A program made the translations under genes and the position numbers. A DNA stretch of 64,000 nt from Nitrospinaceae bacterium (GTDB lineage: Bacteria > Nitrospinota > Nitrospinia > Nitrospinales > Nitrospinaceae), in NCBI GenBank assembly GCA_965223665.1, contig OZ245011.1, positions 4,160,001 through 4,224,000 on the forward strand, read 5' to 3'. Numbering within the stretch: the first letter of the stretch is position 1; each line of letters starts with the position of its first letter. The notes beneath the pieces are model-generated. The model was given only the letters and a program-made list of their open reading frames with translations, did no database searches and had not been told where the DNA came from. Below are positions 60,885-64,000 of the stretch, piece after piece.

Positions 60885-61622
60885 ATGATAAACCAATTTT
60901 TTAAGTTCGTTATTCTTGGATTAATCATATTGTTTATTTTCGGTTGCAAAGGGGAGTCTGAGTTTAGCGGCGATACATTGACGACAAGCACTTCATTAGA
61001 TCCGCAGGAATTGACAAAAAATGCCAAAGCCAAACAGGCCATTGGAGCTTATGAAGAAGCTATTGTAGAACTCGATAGAGCTTTAAAAATAGATTCAAAG
61101 TTCATTCCAGCTTTTTATCAAAAAGGATCTGTTTATGAAGAATGGGATCAAAGAGATAAAGCGATTGATTCCTATAATCAGGTCCTTAAAATTGATCCTA
61201 ATCACGAAGAAGCAAGAATGGGTCTTGGCAGGGTATATTCAAAGTTAACGATGAATGATTTAGCAGTAAAGGAATTCATTAAGGTAGCTGAAAGAAAACC
61301 AAATGATATCAAGCTTCTTTTTAAAATCGCCCTGGAGTACTGGTATATTCAGAAGCTTCCGGAGTCTGTAGAATATTATAAAAAGGTCCTTGCTCTTGAT
61401 CCTCAACATTTACAAGCCCATTTGAATATTGCAAGTGTTTATGAACGGATGAAAGATTACGATTTAGCAATCGCTCACATTGGGACGGCTATTAAATTAG
61501 GGAAGGCCGCAAATGATAAGCAGGCTGTCAGGATTGCTCAAAATAAACTTGGATTTTTAGAAGGTAGAAAAGATATGACAGAAAAAGATTTGCGCAGAAA
61601 GACCATGCCTCCATTTAAATGA
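60885..61622 (+). CDS. TPR-repeat lipoprotein
   Basis: Lipobox IFGC; about five TPR motifs. Confidence 0.85.
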   Translation: MINQFFKFVILGLIILFIFGCKGESEFSGDTLTTSTSLDPQELTKNAKAKQAIGAYEEAIVELDRALKIDSKFIPAFYQKGSVYEEWDQRDKAIDSYNQVLKIDPNHEEARMGLGRVYSKLTMNDLAVKEFIKVAERKPNDIKLLFKIALEYWYIQKLPESVEYYKKVLALDPQHLQAHLNIASVYERMKDYDLAIAHIGTAIKLGKAANDKQAVRIAQNKLGFLEGRKDMTEKDLRRKTMPPFK

Positions 61623-61628
61623 TACTCT

Positions 61629-63041
61629 TTAGCTGGACATCTTCGTCCAACTTTCTACTTTGCAGTTTTGCTGATTTAAAACAGGATAAATTGTAAATAA
61701 TGGGGTATTGAACGGAACAAATGCAGAGTCAGTTCCTGGGCTGAGAGTTAAATGAATATTAACAAAATTAAAACTTAATCCTTCCTGCCAGGGTTCTTTC
61801 GTATTTTCGATATAAGCTTCTAATTTGTCCGCAGCATGCGAGCGAGTCATTAATCCTGATCCACCCTGCAAGCCATATTCATATAAATCAGGAGCACCTT
61901 GAATTAATACTGAAATAGTAGATGCATCAAACCATACTTTAAAATTGGATACGATTTGAAGGAAATTCCCTAAACAACCTGTTCGCTGTAAAACTGCCTG
62001 AGGGTAAGCAAAGGCAGGGGGAATATTAGGATCATTTCCTTGATATTTGAAATCCTCTTCTTTGACTTTGGATACTGAAAAAAACAGAAGGTTTTCATCA
62101 TCCATAGAAATGTCTGTTACTTTTCCATCGTTAAAACTGCAAAGCTTATCATTTTCATAAGAGAGGGGAAAAGAATACCCCATCTTGGAATAGTAAATGC
62201 GTAAGCCAGCTTCCAACGGATCTTCAGGTTTTCGACTTATTTTTATGTCAAAGGGTAGCATGAGATGAAATGCATTGGTACGAGCATTCATAAAGGGGCC
62301 GCAAGCTCCTGGGAATTCTTTGTGAACATCTTTATTGTCTGGAGAAAACTTTCTGGGGCCACCTGAAAAATGTTGGGCCGACTTAGCTTCCTGAGTTAAA
62401 GCGTATTTTTCTTTATAATATTCAGCGGCTCTTTTTTGGGCAACGCTCAAAATGTATTGCGGAACATCCGACTGAACAATTATTTGCTGCTTATCAATAC
62501 CTTTTTGGGCAGGCTTCGGATTTAGGGCTTCGTTATAAAGATTCAGTTCTTTCTCGGTTTTTTTTGCTTCGAAGGTTAATTGTCTTGCTAACTCCGGGTT
62601 GTGGTATTGGGTTTGCCCTAATAAACTTTGAGCTTTTTTCAATAGATCCAGTTTTGCAGAATAACGCTTGGGTTCTGCAGAAAATGATTGAACTGTTGCC
62701 ATGATAAGATTGAATTGTTCTTCTGGGAGAAGTCCAAGTTCTTGGAGGTTATTTTCTTTAAAAAAAGTCCAGGCAAGAGGTCCAAAAGATTCTTCTCTTT
62801 GGATATTGAGTGTTAATAAATAATTTAAATAAGCTCGTGCGGAATCTTCAGCGTATTTTTTTTTATCAGTGATTTTGCACATGGGTAGAACATCGGAAGA
62901 GTTTATTTCAACTAAGTCTAAACCTTGATCCTTAGCCAGGGAAAGAGCGTCTTCCAGGTCATATGTTCCTAATCTTTTACCATCGTTATCTATAAGGGCT
63001 ACCCGCTCGGCAGATATATCTCCATTCACTCGCTGCGACAA
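61629..63041 (-). CDS. IF3 N-terminal domain fused to a helical region and a DUF6065-like domain
   Basis: RVNGDISAERVALIDNDGKRLG...ALSLAKDQGLDLVEI...PMCKITD matches IF3_N; no IF3_C; TTG 63041 preceded by GGAG (TTG 63053 alternative). Confidence 0.8.
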   Translation of the reverse strand: MSQRVNGDISAERVALIDNDGKRLGTYDLEDALSLAKDQGLDLVEINSSDVLPMCKITDKKKYAEDSARAYLNYLLTLNIQREESFGPLAWTFFKENNLQELGLLPEEQFNLIMATVQSFSAEPKRYSAKLDLLKKAQSLLGQTQYHNPELARQLTFEAKKTEKELNLYNEALNPKPAQKGIDKQQIIVQSDVPQYILSVAQKRAAEYYKEKYALTQEAKSAQHFSGGPRKFSPDNKDVHKEFPGACGPFMNARTNAFHLMLPFDIKISRKPEDPLEAGLRIYYSKMGYSFPLSYENDKLCSFNDGKVTDISMDDENLLFFSVSKVKEEDFKYQGNDPNIPPAFAYPQAVLQRTGCLGNFLQIVSNFKVWFDASTISVLIQGAPDLYEYGLQGGSGLMTRSHAADKLEAYIENTKEPWQEGLSFNFVNIHLTLSPGTDSAFVPFNTPLFTIYPVLNQQNCKVESWTKMSS

Positions 63042-63301
63042 TTTTCTCTCCAAAATTTTCTACATTAAAGTAAAAACTAGGCAATGGGTTTTTAAATTTT
63101 CTTTTTGGCAATTATGCATGGAAACCCCTGGTTTTCCAAGAAAATCTTAGGATTGGTAAGGGTTTTCTTACTTTTGGTGGTGTTTAAGGAGAGAATTCAA
63201 ATATATAAAATATTGAAATTGTTCACTATCTTGAAGAAATTTATGAAGCTGTTTAAGAATTCATATGATTTCGGGATTTATAGCTAGGTCCTTAGATTGA
63301 A

Positions 63302-64000
63302 CTACTTCTCCCAAAACAGATTTTTAATATTATCATCCTCAATTGCAGAAATTGCCATGACCAACCAAGCGGTTCCAGCAACGGAGGGGTTTTTGGAGAA
63401 CTGGAACTTTAGATTTTCGGTGGCATAAGGCAAACCTCCCTCAGAATCCTGAAGATGAATCATTGATTTCAAAATTTGCTCCGCTTTGACTTTGTCGCCG
63501 ATTTTTATTTGTGCCATGGCAACCCCCAGGGAACCTTCCGGCCAAATCATGGGCAACTCATTCCAGTTTTTTCCGGGATCTTCAGGAAAAAATAAGGAGT
63601 TAATTTCGGGTTCTTCATATAAAGGCAAATCAATGTAGGGTTTATAACCAATGTATCCATTAAGGTTGACTTGGTATTTTGAGGATGATTCCAAAGCAAT
63701 TTTGGCTTTTTTATTTTCTCCAATGGCCAAGAGAAACATAGCACCCCATGAAGAGCAATCTAAAGCTTTTGCGGAATCTGGGCCATCCAATCGGTGCCCT
63801 CTATTAAGTTGACCAATCTGTTCATTCCATGATTTTTCAGATATTGATTGTTTGAGGAGATTTGCAGAAGAATTAAATTTTTTGCTTCCGGTGAGTCGTG
63901 CTAAATCTCTAAGGAAAAAATAAATATCGATATTGTGCTCCATGCTGGCCCATTGGATTGACCCAGGAGCAAATACTTCTTCCAGATTATTTGTTTCTAC
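63302..64000 (-). CDS. Six-hairpin (alpha/alpha)-toroid glycosidase-like protein, 5' end outside window
   Basis: Frame open to 64000; WASMEHNID, ALDCSSW, WPEGS, GGLPYA, SVAGTAW motifs. Confidence 0.6.
   Translation of the reverse strand, partial: VETNNLEEVFAPGSIQWASMEHNIDIYFFLRDLARLTGSKKFNSSANLLKQSISEKSWNEQIGQLNRGHRLDGPDSAKALDCSSWGAMFLLAIGENKKAKIALESSSKYQVNLNGYIGYKPYIDLPLYEEPEINSLFFPEDPGKNWNELPMIWPEGSLGVAMAQIKIGDKVKAEQILKSMIHLQDSEGGLPYATENLKFQFSKNPSVAGTAWLVMAISAIEDDNIKNLFWEK

Noticed and set aside
54025-61622. Contact-dependent inhibition (cdiBAI) system
   Set aside because: No pre-toxin VENN or toxin domain; the downstream gene is a TPR lipoprotein, not a small immunity gene.
61629-63053. 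Housekeeping infC
   Set aside because: Lacks IF3_C, is ~470 aa, and has no thrS/rpmI/rplT neighbours.
1-64000. tRNA, rRNA, IS elements, prophage, phase-variable homopolymers
   Set aside because: No recognisable signatures; A/T runs are expected at this base composition and do not break frames.

Overview
AT-rich bacterial chromosomal window with no rRNA, tRNA, CRISPR array or transposase that I can recognise. Gene content and protein style suggest a marine Nitrospinota/deltaproteobacteria-like diderm (inference only). From left to right: a partial LuxR-type response regulator and two hypothetical genes; a 1438-aa secreted purple-acid-phosphatase-like protein with DNRLRE/HYR repeats and a remodelled metal site; a ~20-kb surface-glycan locus (legionaminic-acid-type genes, sugar N-formyltransferase, HisF/HisH/amidotransferase trio, APS kinase, sulfotransferase, methyltransferase, AsnB-like, PglC/PglE/PglF-like, MurJ-like flippase); a CDF transporter, PA0069-type radical SAM, DUF4149 and TIGR01777; a signalling cluster (two sensor-less REC-kinases and a sigma54 activator facing an output-less HAMP sensor and a CBS protein) beside a BicA-like SulP and an OprO/P porin; a Rieske-glutamate-synthase-like fusion and CbiX-like protein; a double beta-propeller plus Ycf46-type AAA+ ATPase; tdh-kbl; a KamA-family radical SAM with a structured leader; a two-partner secretion pair; TPR proteins; an IF3-N-domain fusion; and a partial (alpha/alpha)-toroid protein. 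Best novelty candidates: the IF3-N/DUF6065-like fusion, the metal-swapped phosphatase, the kamA leader RNA, the propeller/AAA+ module and a possible N-formyl legionaminic acid route. All family calls come from motif recognition by eye; no database searches were run.
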